From NCBI GenBank assembly GCA_049599475.1, contig JBMYOQ010000032.1:1-45114 (forward strand): a stretch of 45,114 nucleotides of DNA, written 5' to 3'. Below are positions 17,553 to 28,350 of this stretch, piece by piece. Each line of letters begins with the position of its first letter. Position 1 is the stretch's first letter. The notes below the pieces were generated by a model. The model did not search any database. It was not told the origin of the DNA and saw only the letters and a list, made by a program, of their open reading frames with translations. The position numbers and the translations under genes were made by a program. The stretch is from Opitutales bacterium. Its GTDB lineage: Bacteria > Verrucomicrobiota > Verrucomicrobiia > Opitutales > JABSRG01.

Positions 17553-18566
17553 CTACTTCGACTCCCTTAAAATATCCTCTGTGAAATAACTGAAGATCAG
17601 GTCTGCTCCGGCGCGCTTGATGGCTAAGAGTGATTCGTCACGGCATTCCTTGAGATCAAGCCAACCCTTTTCTGCCGCTGCGTGAATCTGGCTAAATTCC
17701 CCGGATACTTGATACGCGGTGACAGGGAGATCTGTGGCGTCGCGCAGTTCGCGAATGATATCCAAGTAAGGCCCGGCTGGTTTCACCATGACCATGTCTG
17801 CACCTTCGTCTTCATCCAATGCGAGCTCGACCTGGGCTTCACGGCGATTCGAGGGATCCATCTGATAGGTCTTCTTGGAAAGTAAGTGAGTGCCAGCAGC
17901 CTGAGCACTGCCCACAGCATCCCGAAAGGGGCCATAATAGGCGGATGCATATTTGGCCGTATAACTCATAATACCGACCGATTTATAACCCGCATCGTCT
18001 AGGCTATCGCGAATTGCGCCCACGCGTCCGTCCATCATATCGGAGGGCGCTACAAAATCGACTCCGGCCTCGGCGTGCAAGATTGCCATTTCGGTAAGGA
18101 TCGAAACGGTTTCATCGTTGGCCACATCATCTTTGGCCTCGTTTAACACTCCGTCGTGGCCGTGGCTCGTATACGGATCCAAGGCGACATCCGTAAAAAT
18201 CTGCAGAGCTGGTGTTGCCGCCTTGATTGCTCGGACTGCGCGTAAGACCAGGGTGTCTTTATTCAGCGCCTCGGTGCCTGTTTCGTTCTTCAGGCTCGCA
18301 TCAATTTTCGGAAAAAGCGCGATGCCCTTCAGACCCAAAGATGCCATTTCTTCACAAAATTTCACCGTTTCATCGATGCTGCGACGATATTGTCCAGGCA
18401 TTGATTCAATAGCCTCAACAGCAGCTTCACCTTCAATCACGAAAAGTGGAAGGATCAAATCATCAGCGGTGACCTGGGTCTCGCGCACCATGGCACGCAC
18501 GGCCGGGTTTTTGCGCAATCTACGAGGACGGCGAGGCAAGTAATATGAGCTATCGGAATCTGCCAT
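17553..18566 (-). CDS. hemB: Porphobilinogen synthase (ALA dehydratase)
   Basis: RRPRRLR, DVALDPYTSHGHDG, APSDMMDGRVGAIR, MVKPAGPYLD and YQVSGEF motifs. Confidence 0.98.
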   Translation of the reverse strand: MADSDSSYYLPRRPRRLRKNPAVRAMVRETQVTADDLILPLFVIEGEAAVEAIESMPGQYRRSIDETVKFCEEMASLGLKGIALFPKIDASLKNETGTEALNKDTLVLRAVRAIKAATPALQIFTDVALDPYTSHGHDGVLNEAKDDVANDETVSILTEMAILHAEAGVDFVAPSDMMDGRVGAIRDSLDDAGYKSVGIMSYTAKYASAYYGPFRDAVGSAQAAGTHLLSKKTYQMDPSNRREAQVELALDEDEGADMVMVKPAGPYLDIIRELRDATDLPVTAYQVSGEFSQIHAAAEKGWLDLKECRDESLLAIKRAGADLIFSYFTEDILRESK

Positions 18567-18604
18567 GCCCGATAGCCAAAGCGAGTGAGCCGCTAACTTA
18601 AAGT

Positions 18605-19543
18605 CTAAAGAGTATCTAGACGCACGCTTCCGCCCAAAGTGTAGGCCCTGACGATCGTATTTCCATCACCGAAGGACCCATTCAGATAGCTCCTCTTTTT
18701 CTCACCGTCGAAAGACCAATGATCGTCGATGCTAACTGATCCCCCCTGAGTTTTGAGCTCTACATGGCCCCCGATAGTATCACTCAGCTCGATCCGTATA
18801 CTTCCGCCCATGGTGCTCAAGTCGAGTCTCTCGAGCTTTGGGTCAGGGCATTCAATGCTGATTGAGCCACCGGTAGTTTCGGCAAAGATTTTACCATTCC
18901 CGCCCTCGATGGAGATGCTTCCTCCTGAGGTGCGCGCATCCACGGTGCCGATCGTCTCCTCGATATCAATCGCTCCTCCCGATGACGCCACGACCACGTT
19001 CCCTTGCACCTCCTCTACATCGATGCGACCTCCTGCCGTCTTTGCATTCACGTCCCCGACGATTTGTTCGAGCTCGATCCGGCCTCCCGACGATTTTAGG
19101 TCTACTACGCCCCGAATGTTCTCAACCGAGATTTGGCCTCCGCTGGTTTTGAGGCTGAGTTCCATTTCAACGGGCACCCGGATCTCCATCTCAATTGCCG
19201 GTTTCTTATCACCCGTGATCCATTTCCAACCACTGCTTTTTTTGTAATCCAAGACCACCTCGCATGTGGAGCCGTCTACAGAGGCACCATATTCGATTTT
19301 ATCGCGCTCTTTGGAAACCGCTTCAATCGAGTCGGTTCGGTAATCAATTTTCCATTCCACCCGAATATCTTTCCGGTCTTCTCCATACACATTAATTTCG
19401 CTCCCGTTCGCCTTTACCTTGAGCGTTTCGACGCCGTCAGCAGGAACAGTTTTCGCGAATGATTCCGTCACTGAATCGTCAGCAAGGAGCGCAGAAGCGC
19501 CCACTGCGATGAGTCCAAAAATCGATACGTATCGTGCAACCAT
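18605..19543 (-). CDS. DUF4097-family beta-strand repeat protein, secreted
   Basis: Signal peptide from ATG 19543 (MVARYVSIFGLIAVGASALLA). Tandem 19-aa repeats of (T/S)SGGxIxV(E). Confidence 0.85.
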   Translation of the reverse strand: MVARYVSIFGLIAVGASALLADDSVTESFAKTVPADGVETLKVKANGSEINVYGEDRKDIRVEWKIDYRTDSIEAVSKERDKIEYGASVDGSTCEVVLDYKKSSGWKWITGDKKPAIEMEIRVPVEMELSLKTSGGQISVENIRGVVDLKSSGGRIELEQIVGDVNAKTAGGRIDVEEVQGNVVVASSGGAIDIEETIGTVDARTSGGSISIEGGNGKIFAETTGGSISIECPDPKLERLDLSTMGGSIRIELSDTIGGHVELKTQGGSVSIDDHWSFDGEKKRSYLNGSFGDGNTIVRAYTLGGSVRLDTL

Positions 19544-19676
19544 AAGCCTTAACAGCGTCACAAAAACGCAGTTTTGTGCAAAGAAGCTTAAAATATCTCG
19601 CAAAAGATAAGAATCCCTCCGCGAACGCTTCAGCCAAGCCCCTCATCGGCGAAGATTTATGTAGGGATTTTTTCTG

Positions 19677-20597
19677 ATGAACACAGTGAATGGTTGGCGA
19701 GTAAAGATTAGGGCCGAAGCGTTGCGATGCGCTTCTAGGCTCCACCTTGCCCTCATATTACTCATCCTTGGTCTGCCCTCCGGTACTCATGCCTTTCGTC
19801 CCATTCTTAAGGAAAACAAGGGAGAACAGATTCTGGAGAAACAACGCAGTCTTCACGGAGTAGACAGTGAGGTATCTGAGCTCCGGCTCGCGTCGATCGA
19901 CTCCAAAGGCAATGTGCTTGCTCGTGAGTTTATCAGCGCATTCGCGAGAGCAGGCTCACAGGTGAACGGCCTCATTATTTTCACAAAACCCGAGACCATC
20001 CGAGGTGCCATTCTCTTAGCTCGCCATGACCCCGCTGAGAATGAGTCTTCAGAGCCAAACGCATGGATGTATCTACCGGCGCTCAATACGATCCGTGAAG
20101 TGGATCAGAACATGCCCGGACAAAAGCAATTCTTTGGCAGTGAGTTCACTTGGGATGACATCATGCTTGAGTCCATGACTCCGCAGCGCTCCAAGTGGAT
20201 CAAATCAACTCACTTTCAAGACGAGCCGGCGGAACTCATAGAACTCACCCCATCTCGAGGTCCCAGCTACCTGAGAGACCGACGCGAACTCTACATCCAT
20301 AGCAAAGAATTCAATACTCTGCGGGTAGATGTATTTTCTCGTTCCTCAGAGCTTACTAAAACCCTCACCGCCTATGACTACGGATCTCCCGATATCGACG
20401 GCTCCTCAAAACGCCCGCATCGCTTGGTCGCGCAAAACATTTCCTCACTCGAAACCAGTGTACTCACACTGATAAAAGCTAGACAGAATATCGAAATGCC
20501 AGCGGACACCTTTGATATTCAGAGCCTCGCAAATTTATCGAAAGTAGAGGATCCTTTTAGATATCTTACCGAAGGTAATAAAGAAGGGGAAAAATGA
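19677..20597 (+). CDS. Outer-membrane lipoprotein-sorting (LolA-like) protein
   Basis: FTKPETIRGAILL, WMYLPAL and FFGSEFTWDD motifs typical of MMPL-associated LolA-like proteins. Signal-like N-terminus; exact start uncertain. Confidence 0.85.
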   Translation: MNTVNGWRVKIRAEALRCASRLHLALILLILGLPSGTHAFRPILKENKGEQILEKQRSLHGVDSEVSELRLASIDSKGNVLAREFISAFARAGSQVNGLIIFTKPETIRGAILLARHDPAENESSEPNAWMYLPALNTIREVDQNMPGQKQFFGSEFTWDDIMLESMTPQRSKWIKSTHFQDEPAELIELTPSRGPSYLRDRRELYIHSKEFNTLRVDVFSRSSELTKTLTAYDYGSPDIDGSSKRPHRLVAQNISSLETSVLTLIKARQNIEMPADTFDIQSLANLSKVEDPFRYLTEGNKEGEK

Positions 20598-23194
20598 GCG
20601 CCCACTCCAGCCCAACGGAGAAATTGAGGCACCTCAAAATATGCGTATTAGGAGCCATCTTACTCTTCGCGCTACCCGGGATATTTTTGCTAAAGTGGGA
20701 TCACGAAGCAGAAGAAAATTCAGGCGCCTACTGGATACTCTATGTCGAATGCCACAGCGATGGCAGGATCACCGAATTCGAATCAGTCGCCCATTTAGAC
20801 TCCTTTCTAAAAAATCTATGCGGCCATCAAAGTGTCCTCTCGCCTCTTAGTATCTCAAGCAAGCCCAGTGAACTCGTCGATCCAGAGACAGGCCGCTTCG
20901 ACCTAAATAAAGCGCAAGCCGATACAGGGAAGCTCTCCAATCTGAATTTAGTAAATCCCGACGCCGCGGCCTTCCGCATCTTCATCAGCCCTGAGGATGA
21001 CTCTATAGCCCGTGAACCATTTCCCGAGGAACTCAGCGAGGCATTCAAAAGCTTGTCTTGGATCGATCGAGCTCCCCCAGAATCGATATGGGTCCCCCGC
21101 GCACAGAGAGAACAACTCATCATCATACCCGCGGTCATCGTGGCCTTCCTCCTTGCCTTACGATTTGCCCTACAATCCTGGCGTGCGGCATTGGGAGCCA
21201 TAACGACCAGCGCATACACAGTAATCATTGTATTCGGAACAATGGGATGGATCGACATCCCTCTCAACCTCCTCATTCTCGCCATACCGGTATCCATCCT
21301 CGCCATCGGCACGAGTGAAGATGTGCACCTCATAAGCTACGCGCAGCGCAAACGCTCACAATCTCGTGCAAACGGCGAATCTGCCCTGCGAACGCACAGA
21401 ATAGCCATATCCTGTACGGCCTTTACGACGGCTATGGGATTCGCGGCTTTACTAGCCGGTGGTCATCAAGAAATACAAAAGTTCGCGATCATCGGCAGTA
21501 TCAGCGTAGCGCTTAGATTCACCTTTCTTAGGTTCCTCTTTCCCTACATTTGCAAAACTCTACCAGAACGCGAACTCGATAATCGCAGGAAATTCGCCCA
21601 ATGGCTTGGCGATACAATTTGGAAACAAAATCTAGTCCTAAGCACTCGCTATCGCTTCCTATTCATTTGCGGAGTCGTGTGCCTGGTTCTCTCGTTGATT
21701 CTAGGGATTCTCATTCAGCCGTCCATCGTCCCCCACCCTCTGCTGCGCCTAAACTCTGTCCATATGAGTACTTTTGCTCAGCACAGAGAAGCCTTTGGTT
21801 CACAATTTATTGCGGAGATCAACATTTCGGGACTCGACTCGACATTACCAACCCAAGACCGGCTAGCATCCATTGAGCTGGTGAGTCGCGAGCTTCAAGA
21901 CAGGATCCCGACGATCAGCATCTTGAGTGAGGTCGATTTCTGGAGAGCGGCCATCCAAGAGCTCGACACCGAAAGTATGAAGCCGTGGACCGAGTATTCG
22001 GACGCCTACTTGGACCAAGTGTCTCTTCTTGTCACGATCCCCCAAATGCTCAATCAGCCAAGCAAGGACAATGCGGCCAAGGTCTATTTAATTGGAGACG
22101 ACTCCCAATTCACATCAGAAAGCATAGGCGTCATTCAAACGATCGCTTTAGAAAACGGAGATCAAAATATTTCCCTAGAAATAAACCCCTCGCTACAAGA
22201 CAAAATAGCTCAGTATTCACAGTTCAAACACACCCTACTGTATTCGACAATCATTACAAGTACCCTCATCTGCCTCTTGATTGGGTTTATCTACTTATCC
22301 TCTGTCGCGGCCATCACCACATTGTTCTGTAATTTACTACCCGCTGCGGGCGTTGGCATTGGAATATGCGCCCTCGGCATACCAATATCACCAGTAACGA
22401 GTCTATTTGTATCGCTGAGTCTTGGAGTCGCAGTCAACGACACGCTCTACCTACTGTCTACATATCACGAATACATCAGATCTATACCAGACCGCAAAGC
22501 CGCAGTACGACAGACTTTACAGGCCGCAGCATACCCGATTTTAATTTCCACAATCACCCTTTCTCTCGCCTTCCTAATGCTATCATTTTCAGAGTTCAGG
22601 GAAATTGCTTCGCTCGGAATTATTATTACATTAGTACTCTTATCGGCGATGTTCTGCGATCTCTGGGTGACTCCAGTGCTATTTCTCAAAGTCAGAATCA
22701 TTCCCATTTGGGAGCAGCTATCCAAGGAATATATGGGGGTTATTCACGGCAAGGCACCACTCTTCAAAAATATGCCAGCCCGGCACATACGAAAATTTAT
22801 CTATTTTGGCCGTATTCAAAAAGCCCCTCCAGAGACTCAAATTTTTACCGAAGACGAAAATGGAAACACGTGCATTCTCATCCTCTCGGGGACCTGCATC
22901 GTCTCTAAAAGAAGCATCGTAGGATCCGTATTTGTTTCTAGATTACGTACGGGTGATATAGCAGGCGAACTCTCTCTCGAGAAAGGTTCGAAACGCAGCG
23001 CGACCATCACCACAGAAGAGACGGTAGACTATATTGAATTCGATTGGGAGCAGCTTGATTCCTTCCGCCACCAGTATCCAAGGGCCGCCTCATACGTCTT
23101 CTTCAACCTGTCCCAAATCATCAGTCGACGACTTCGGGGGACGCTCCACGATCTCGCGGCGTCATCCCACCCCTTCACTGAAAATGCAAAATAA
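20594..23194 (+). CDS. MMPL/RND-family transporter with a C-terminal cyclic-nucleotide-binding domain
   Basis: Two TM bundles with AIGTSEDVH and LGVAVNDTLY. C-terminal GDIAGELSL...RSATI cNMP cassette. ATGA overlap with the upstream gene. Confidence 0.88.
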   Translation: MSAHSSPTEKLRHLKICVLGAILLFALPGIFLLKWDHEAEENSGAYWILYVECHSDGRITEFESVAHLDSFLKNLCGHQSVLSPLSISSKPSELVDPETGRFDLNKAQADTGKLSNLNLVNPDAAAFRIFISPEDDSIAREPFPEELSEAFKSLSWIDRAPPESIWVPRAQREQLIIIPAVIVAFLLALRFALQSWRAALGAITTSAYTVIIVFGTMGWIDIPLNLLILAIPVSILAIGTSEDVHLISYAQRKRSQSRANGESALRTHRIAISCTAFTTAMGFAALLAGGHQEIQKFAIIGSISVALRFTFLRFLFPYICKTLPERELDNRRKFAQWLGDTIWKQNLVLSTRYRFLFICGVVCLVLSLILGILIQPSIVPHPLLRLNSVHMSTFAQHREAFGSQFIAEINISGLDSTLPTQDRLASIELVSRELQDRIPTISILSEVDFWRAAIQELDTESMKPWTEYSDAYLDQVSLLVTIPQMLNQPSKDNAAKVYLIGDDSQFTSESIGVIQTIALENGDQNISLEINPSLQDKIAQYSQFKHTLLYSTIITSTLICLLIGFIYLSSVAAITTLFCNLLPAAGVGIGICALGIPISPVTSLFVSLSLGVAVNDTLYLLSTYHEYIRSIPDRKAAVRQTLQAAAYPILISTITLSLAFLMLSFSEFREIASLGIIITLVLLSAMFCDLWVTPVLFLKVRIIPIWEQLSKEYMGVIHGKAPLFKNMPARHIRKFIYFGRIQKAPPETQIFTEDENGNTCILILSGTCIVSKRSIVGSVFVSRLRTGDIAGELSLEKGSKRSATITTEETVDYIEFDWEQLDSFRHQYPRAASYVFFNLSQIISRRLRGTLHDLAASSHPFTENAK

Positions 23195-23366
23195 TAGAAT
23201 CTCCTTACTTTTTACCTCGTAATCTTAAAAAGACTGGCCAGCTTCGTGCTTGATGTCAGGTGTAGTGCCAAGATCAGAACAGTCTCAAACCACAACAGCT
23301 CTTAACTCATCCAACAGAGCTGGATCCGAAGCGCGCACCTCCATAACAAACACAAAATCTTAAGCT

Positions 23367-23936
23367 ATGGCTCCTAAGAAATCTGCATCTAAAAAGGCGG
23401 CTAAACAAGCTGCTCCAAAAAAGAAGGTAGTCGCGAAGAAGGCTCCCGTTAAAAAAGCACCAGCCAAAAAGGCTGCGGTTAAGAAGGTAGCAGTTAAAAA
23501 AGCTGCTCCGAAAAAAGCGGCACCTAAGAAAGCGGCTGTTAAAAAGGCTCCCGTTAAGAAAGCGGCTCCTAAGAAAGCAGCGGTTAAAAAGGTAGTGGCT
23601 AAAAAGGCTCCGGTTAAGAAGGCAGCTCCAAAGAAGAAGGCTGCTCCTAAAAAGAAGGCAGTCACTTCAAAGTCAAGCCCTAAGCTCACAACAGTCATCG
23701 CACGCGTAGATGTTGGCTTCGGTAATGAGCTCTTCATCCGCGGTGAAGGCGCTGGACTCTCTTGGGATGCAGGTCTTCCAATGACATGCATCAGCAGCGA
23801 GACTTGGAGCTACACAACAGATGCAGCTAAGGCACCTCTCGAATTCAAGGTATTGATCAATGACAGCATCTGGTCCGATGGAGACAACTTCTCTGTAAAG
23901 ACTGGCGAAGCTGCAGAGATCAGCCCATCATTCTAA
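23367..23936 (+). CDS. Histone H1-like Lys/Ala/Pro-repeat protein with a C-terminal globular (CBM20-like) domain
   Basis: About 100 aa of KKAAP/KKAPV/KKAAV pentapeptide repeats, then VDVGFGNELFIRGEG..LSW...LEFKVLINDSIWSDGDN. Confidence 0.85.
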   Translation: MAPKKSASKKAAKQAAPKKKVVAKKAPVKKAPAKKAAVKKVAVKKAAPKKAAPKKAAVKKAPVKKAAPKKAAVKKVVAKKAPVKKAAPKKKAAPKKKAVTSKSSPKLTTVIARVDVGFGNELFIRGEGAGLSWDAGLPMTCISSETWSYTTDAAKAPLEFKVLINDSIWSDGDNFSVKTGEAAEISPSF

Positions 23937-24620
23937 TTCGGGATTATCCTGTCCTAGCCTGAGAAGGCGATTTTCCAAAAGGGTAGCTTGAGCCTCTGTG
24001 CTTGAGTTACCCTTTTTTATATCTTCATAAGAAATACTTTCGGCGAGAAAACGCACCTTGGAAAACGGTCTCGGGATGTAGAATTTGTCCCACGAATTAA
24101 GCTGTCGGCTCTTACTAAAAATACAGCTCATCAGCACCACTCCACCCGCTCGTTTGGCGGGCATAAGCACGCCGGGCTTAAGCTGATACATAGGCCCTTT
24201 TGAACCATCTGGAGTAATTGCAATATCCTTTCCAGATTTGACATGGTTCATCATTTCTCGCAGCGCCTGTGTGCCCCGGAAATTGCGTGATCCGCGCACC
24301 GTGCCTATCCCCATAAGGTGGAAAAAAGCACTTAACCAAGCACCGTCTTTAGACGCACTGACCAAGGCATACACCGGATTCCCTTTTCGATAACGTCGGT
24401 AGATCTCAGCTGCCACAAAGAGGCGATTATGCCATATAAGGAATACCGTGGGGTTTGGAGAATTTTGCATAAGGGCACGATCCTCTTCTTCCGTCTCGAA
24501 GCGCAAGGTCGCACACCAGGCACGCACCAAGATAGCCAATGGTAGCAATACCAACAGGCGCCACTTGTTAATATGATTCACACTACGCGTCATTTTTGAG
24601 CTATCCACAGACTCCACCAT
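23928..24620 (-). CDS. Lysophospholipid acyltransferase-superfamily protein (DUF374)
   Basis: WHNRL, SASKDG, VRGS and ITPDGSKGP motifs. The start could be any of several nearby codons. Confidence 0.88.
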   Translation of the reverse strand: MVESVDSSKMTRSVNHINKWRLLVLLPLAILVRAWCATLRFETEEEDRALMQNSPNPTVFLIWHNRLFVAAEIYRRYRKGNPVYALVSASKDGAWLSAFFHLMGIGTVRGSRNFRGTQALREMMNHVKSGKDIAITPDGSKGPMYQLKPGVLMPAKRAGGVVLMSCIFSKSRQLNSWDKFYIPRPFSKVRFLAESISYEDIKKGNSSTEAQATLLENRLLRLGQDNPELE

Positions 24621-24712
24621 CCCCCTACTCTATAGCGTATAGACCCCTTGCTAAGAAGGATTTTTTGATTGCTAAAAGCAGGAATTCAAAAATGTATAAA
24701 TGCCTCAGGATC

Positions 24713-24788
24713 GCCACTTTAGCTCAGTTGGTAGAGCAACTCATTCGTAATGAGTAGGTCGTCGGTTCGACTCCGACAAGTGGCTCCA
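24713..24788 (+). tRNA. tRNA-Thr (anticodon CGT)
   Basis: 76-nt cloverleaf: acceptor gccactt/aagtggc, anticodon arm actca-ttCGTaa-tgagt, T-loop ttcgact, encoded CCA. Confidence 0.96.
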
Positions 24789-24916
24789 GAATTATCGGAG
24801 ATGGGGCGAATTAGGGTATGGGCTTATCTATATTGGTTGTCCAAGAGGAGTCTCTCCGTCGGTGGTCCGGTTCCTTACGCTTCGCTTCAGGACCGGTCTT
24901 GTCGCTGCGCTCGGAA

Positions 24917-24938
24917 CGACTCCGACAAGTGGCTCCAG
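24917..24938 (+). repeat. Direct repeat of the tRNA-Thr 3' end (att-like)
   Basis: cgactccgacaagtggctccag is identical to 24768-24789 (22 bp). Confidence 0.92.
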
Positions 24939-25093
24939 CTCTTTGAGAAAGGATGAAGGACTAAAAGGCACCTTTCTTAACAGGATTGTTTCGAAGAGAT
25001 CACAGATCCCCGTTGAAATAATTCCTCCCAACCTTTTTACTGAGAAAGGTGCACATAAGAATGCGCCCGACTTCGAATAATTTCCTGAAAATA

Positions 25094-27280
25094 ATGGCAC
25101 CCAACCGCAAGACGCCCGCTAAGATGACCACAACGCGCAGCCGCAAAACAACGACGATTTCCAAAGTTCCCACGATTGCCCCGGTTGTAGAAACACCCGA
25201 TCGCATGCCATTTTTCAATCGTGAGTTGAGCTGGCTGGCATTCAACCGTCGTGTCTTAGAACAAGCCATGAATCCAGCGTATCCCCTGTGTGAGCGTATG
25301 CGCTTTTTGGCTTTCGTGACTTCCAATCTCGATGAGTTTTTCGAGATCCGCGTATCTGGTTTGATGCAACAGGTGGAGAGCGGTGTCAGTGAGAAGGGCC
25401 CAGACAACTTGGGCCCCAAAGAGCAGATACGACGGATTAATACTTTGGTCACCAAACTCGTTCGCGATCAATATGACACGTGGATGAATAAGATCATTCC
25501 GGCTTTCGCTCAGGAGGACGTCCATTTCTTAAATCCTGAAGATCTCAATCGAAAGCAAACCCAGTGGCTCGATACTTATTTCGAGGACGCTATCTACCCC
25601 GTACTTACCCCCCTCGCAATCGATCCTTCACACCCCTTTCCACAGATTGCCAACAAGTCGCTGAATATTCTCGTTGGTCTGAAAGAGCCCAAGCGCAAAC
25701 GAGCTCCAATGCTCATGGCGATTATCCCAGTGCCACGCATTCTCCCAAGAGTAGTCGAAGTGGCTCCCGACCAAGGTGACGGTAAGCATACCTTTGTCTT
25801 CCTGTCCGACATCATACGGACTCATGCCCAGCGCCTATTCCCAGGATATAAAATAGACAATGCCACAGCTTTCCGCGTTACCCGAAATTCGGATCTCTAC
25901 ATCGACGAAGAGGAAGTCGAAAACTTGCTCCTAAAGATTGAGGAAGAGCTCTATAACATACGCAAAGGTGACGCTGTTCGCCTGGAAATTCGCGAAGGCG
26001 CCGATCCCGATTTGTTACGTGAGCTCATGAAGCTTATGAACCTGGGTAGCGAGCACGTATACCACATCGCAGGTAACTTAAACCTTACACGTCTGATGGC
26101 GGTATATGATGAAATAGATCGCCCAGACCTCAAGTTCCCAGCTTTCCACCCACGTATTCCGAAGAAGCTCCAGAATCCTCAGCAGATTTTCAAAAATATC
26201 CGTGGCGGAGATATTTTTCTCCATCACCCCTTTGATAGCTTTTCACCCGTAGTCGACTTCATCGACCAAGCTGCGAAAGATCCAAACGTATTTGCGATCA
26301 AGCAGACTCTGTATCGGACCAGTGGCGACTCCCCCATCGTGAACGCGCTCAAATTGGCATCTCATAATGGTAAACAAGTCACCGCACTGATTGAGCTGAA
26401 AGCCCGTTTTGACGAAGCTAACAATATCGAATGGGCCCGCCAACTCGAAGAAGTCGGCGTGCACGTGGTGTATGGTCTCGTAGGCCTTAAAACGCACTGT
26501 AAAACCTCTCTCGTGGTGCGCCAAGAAAACGGACAAATGGTGCGCTATTGTCACCTGGGCACCGGCAATTATAACCCGAAAACAGCGCGCCTATATACCG
26601 ACTGTTCATTCTTCACTGCAAACGAGGATACCACGAAGGAAGTAGCCGACCTCTTCAACACACTTACAGGCTTCGCCAAGAAACCTCAATTCAACAAACT
26701 GCTCTGTGCGCCTTTCAACCTGCATTCACGCACGCAGGAATTGATTCTCCAAGAAGCCGAAAACGCCAAGAAAGGGAAACCCGCACGCATTTTTGCGAAG
26801 TGCAATAGTCTCATCGATTCCAAGACAATCGAGAACCTCTATATTGCCTCACAAGCTGGAGTGAAGATCGATCTCGTCATTCGCGGCGTCTGTGGCTTGG
26901 TGCCAGGACTTGCCGGCATCAGCGACAACATCCGCGTCCATTCCATACTGGGCCGCTATCTCGAACACTCTCGAATTTTCTATTTTGAAAATGGCGGCAA
27001 TAAGGAAGGTCCGCTCATTTTCATGGGAAGTGCCGATTGGATGCCGCGTAATTTCTTCCGCAGAATCGAGGCGGTCTTCCCGGTAGAGGATAAACGAATC
27101 CGAGACCAGATCGTTGATATTATCGAAATATACTTGAAGGACAATGTTCAGGCAAAATTCCTGAAACCCAACGGGTCCTACGCAAACATTCGCAAGGGAA
27201 GTAATTCTTCAGCGATTTGCGCCCAAGACATTTTCTCTAATACGGACGAAACGCAACCGCCCTTCATTGTGGCCCAATAA
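25094..27280 (+). CDS. ppk1: Polyphosphate kinase 1
   Basis: [49 protein letters not shown] and SADWMPRN. Start placed at ATG 25094 (uncertain). Confidence 0.97.
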   Translation: MAPNRKTPAKMTTTRSRKTTTISKVPTIAPVVETPDRMPFFNRELSWLAFNRRVLEQAMNPAYPLCERMRFLAFVTSNLDEFFEIRVSGLMQQVESGVSEKGPDNLGPKEQIRRINTLVTKLVRDQYDTWMNKIIPAFAQEDVHFLNPEDLNRKQTQWLDTYFEDAIYPVLTPLAIDPSHPFPQIANKSLNILVGLKEPKRKRAPMLMAIIPVPRILPRVVEVAPDQGDGKHTFVFLSDIIRTHAQRLFPGYKIDNATAFRVTRNSDLYIDEEEVENLLLKIEEELYNIRKGDAVRLEIREGADPDLLRELMKLMNLGSEHVYHIAGNLNLTRLMAVYDEIDRPDLKFPAFHPRIPKKLQNPQQIFKNIRGGDIFLHHPFDSFSPVVDFIDQAAKDPNVFAIKQTLYRTSGDSPIVNALKLASHNGKQVTALIELKARFDEANNIEWARQLEEVGVHVVYGLVGLKTHCKTSLVVRQENGQMVRYCHLGTGNYNPKTARLYTDCSFFTANEDTTKEVADLFNTLTGFAKKPQFNKLLCAPFNLHSRTQELILQEAENAKKGKPARIFAKCNSLIDSKTIENLYIASQAGVKIDLVIRGVCGLVPGLAGISDNIRVHSILGRYLEHSRIFYFENGGNKEGPLIFMGSADWMPRNFFRRIEAVFPVEDKRIRDQIVDIIEIYLKDNVQAKFLKPNGSYANIRKGSNSSAICAQDIFSNTDETQPPFIVAQ

Positions 27281-27297
27281 TTTGCTTTAGCTCTCGA

Positions 27298-28227
27298 ATG
27301 ACTTCTCAGACAGCGATCAATTCCGATCAAGCCATCCAAGTACGCGATTGGCTCCAGAATTTTCAAGATTCCTTATGCTCTCGGATCGAGGCCGTAGACG
27401 GGCCTCAACCCGGTTTTCGCGAGGACAGTTGGGCGCGCCCTGAAGGCGGAGGCGGTCGCAGCCGAATTATCGAAAACGGCGGCGTTATCGAAAAGGGAGG
27501 CCTTAATTTTTCAGACGTTCAGGGCAGCAAACTTCCGCCGTCAGCCTCGGCAAGCCGTCCCCATATTGCAGGAGCTCCTTTCAGAGCAATGGGAGTTTCC
27601 CTAGTCATGCACCCGCGCAACCCATATGTGCCTACATCGCATATGAACGTGCGCTATTTCGAGGCACAGCCAGAAAACGGTCCCGCGGTATGGTGGTTTG
27701 GTGGGGGCTTCGACCTGACCCCTTACTATGGCTTCGAAGAAGATGCTATTCATTGGCACACACAAGCGAAGGCGGCCTGTGCTCCCTTCGGCGATAGCCT
27801 CTACCAAGAGTATAAGGAATGGTGCGATCGCTACTTTCACATCAAGCACCGCAACGAAGCGCGAGGCGTCGGCGGCCTGTTTTTCGATGATTTCACAGGA
27901 GAATCGTTTGAACATGCATTCGGCTTTACCCAAAGCGTAGCCGAGCACTACGCCAAAGCATACCTACCCATCGTAGAGCGCCGTAAAGGCTTACAGTACG
28001 GCGAGCGCGAACGCGATTTTCAGGCCTATCGCCGGGGACGCTACGTGGAGTTCAACCTCGTGTACGATCGTGGCACCATCTTTGGCCTACAGTCTGGAGG
28101 ACGCACTGAATCGATCCTGATGTCTTTGCCCTCCAATGTATCCTGGCGCTACGACTGGCATCCAGAACCCGGCACTGAAGAGGCAAAGCTCTATACGGAT
28201 TTCCTACCGATCCGCGATTGGGTTTAA
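27298..28227 (+). CDS. hemF: Oxygen-dependent coproporphyrinogen III oxidase
   Basis: [34 protein letters not shown] and [10 protein letters not shown]. Confidence 0.98.
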   Translation: MTSQTAINSDQAIQVRDWLQNFQDSLCSRIEAVDGPQPGFREDSWARPEGGGGRSRIIENGGVIEKGGLNFSDVQGSKLPPSASASRPHIAGAPFRAMGVSLVMHPRNPYVPTSHMNVRYFEAQPENGPAVWWFGGGFDLTPYYGFEEDAIHWHTQAKAACAPFGDSLYQEYKEWCDRYFHIKHRNEARGVGGLFFDDFTGESFEHAFGFTQSVAEHYAKAYLPIVERRKGLQYGERERDFQAYRRGRYVEFNLVYDRGTIFGLQSGGRTESILMSLPSNVSWRYDWHPEPGTEEAKLYTDFLPIRDWV

Positions 28228-28350
28228 ACGCTCCCGCCTCCATGGAATACGGCTTTAGCCTGCGGTTGAAATCATCTCACTCTTCCAGTGAACCTTAAGA
28301 TTTAACTCGATTTTAAGCCAAGAGCACGTTGCGATGTCCGCTTTCCTATC

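Noticed and set aside
23360..23791. 143-aa hydrophobic minus-strand ORF
   Set aside because: It is the antisense shadow of the Lys/Ala repeat gene (AAG/AAA codons read as Leu/Phe).
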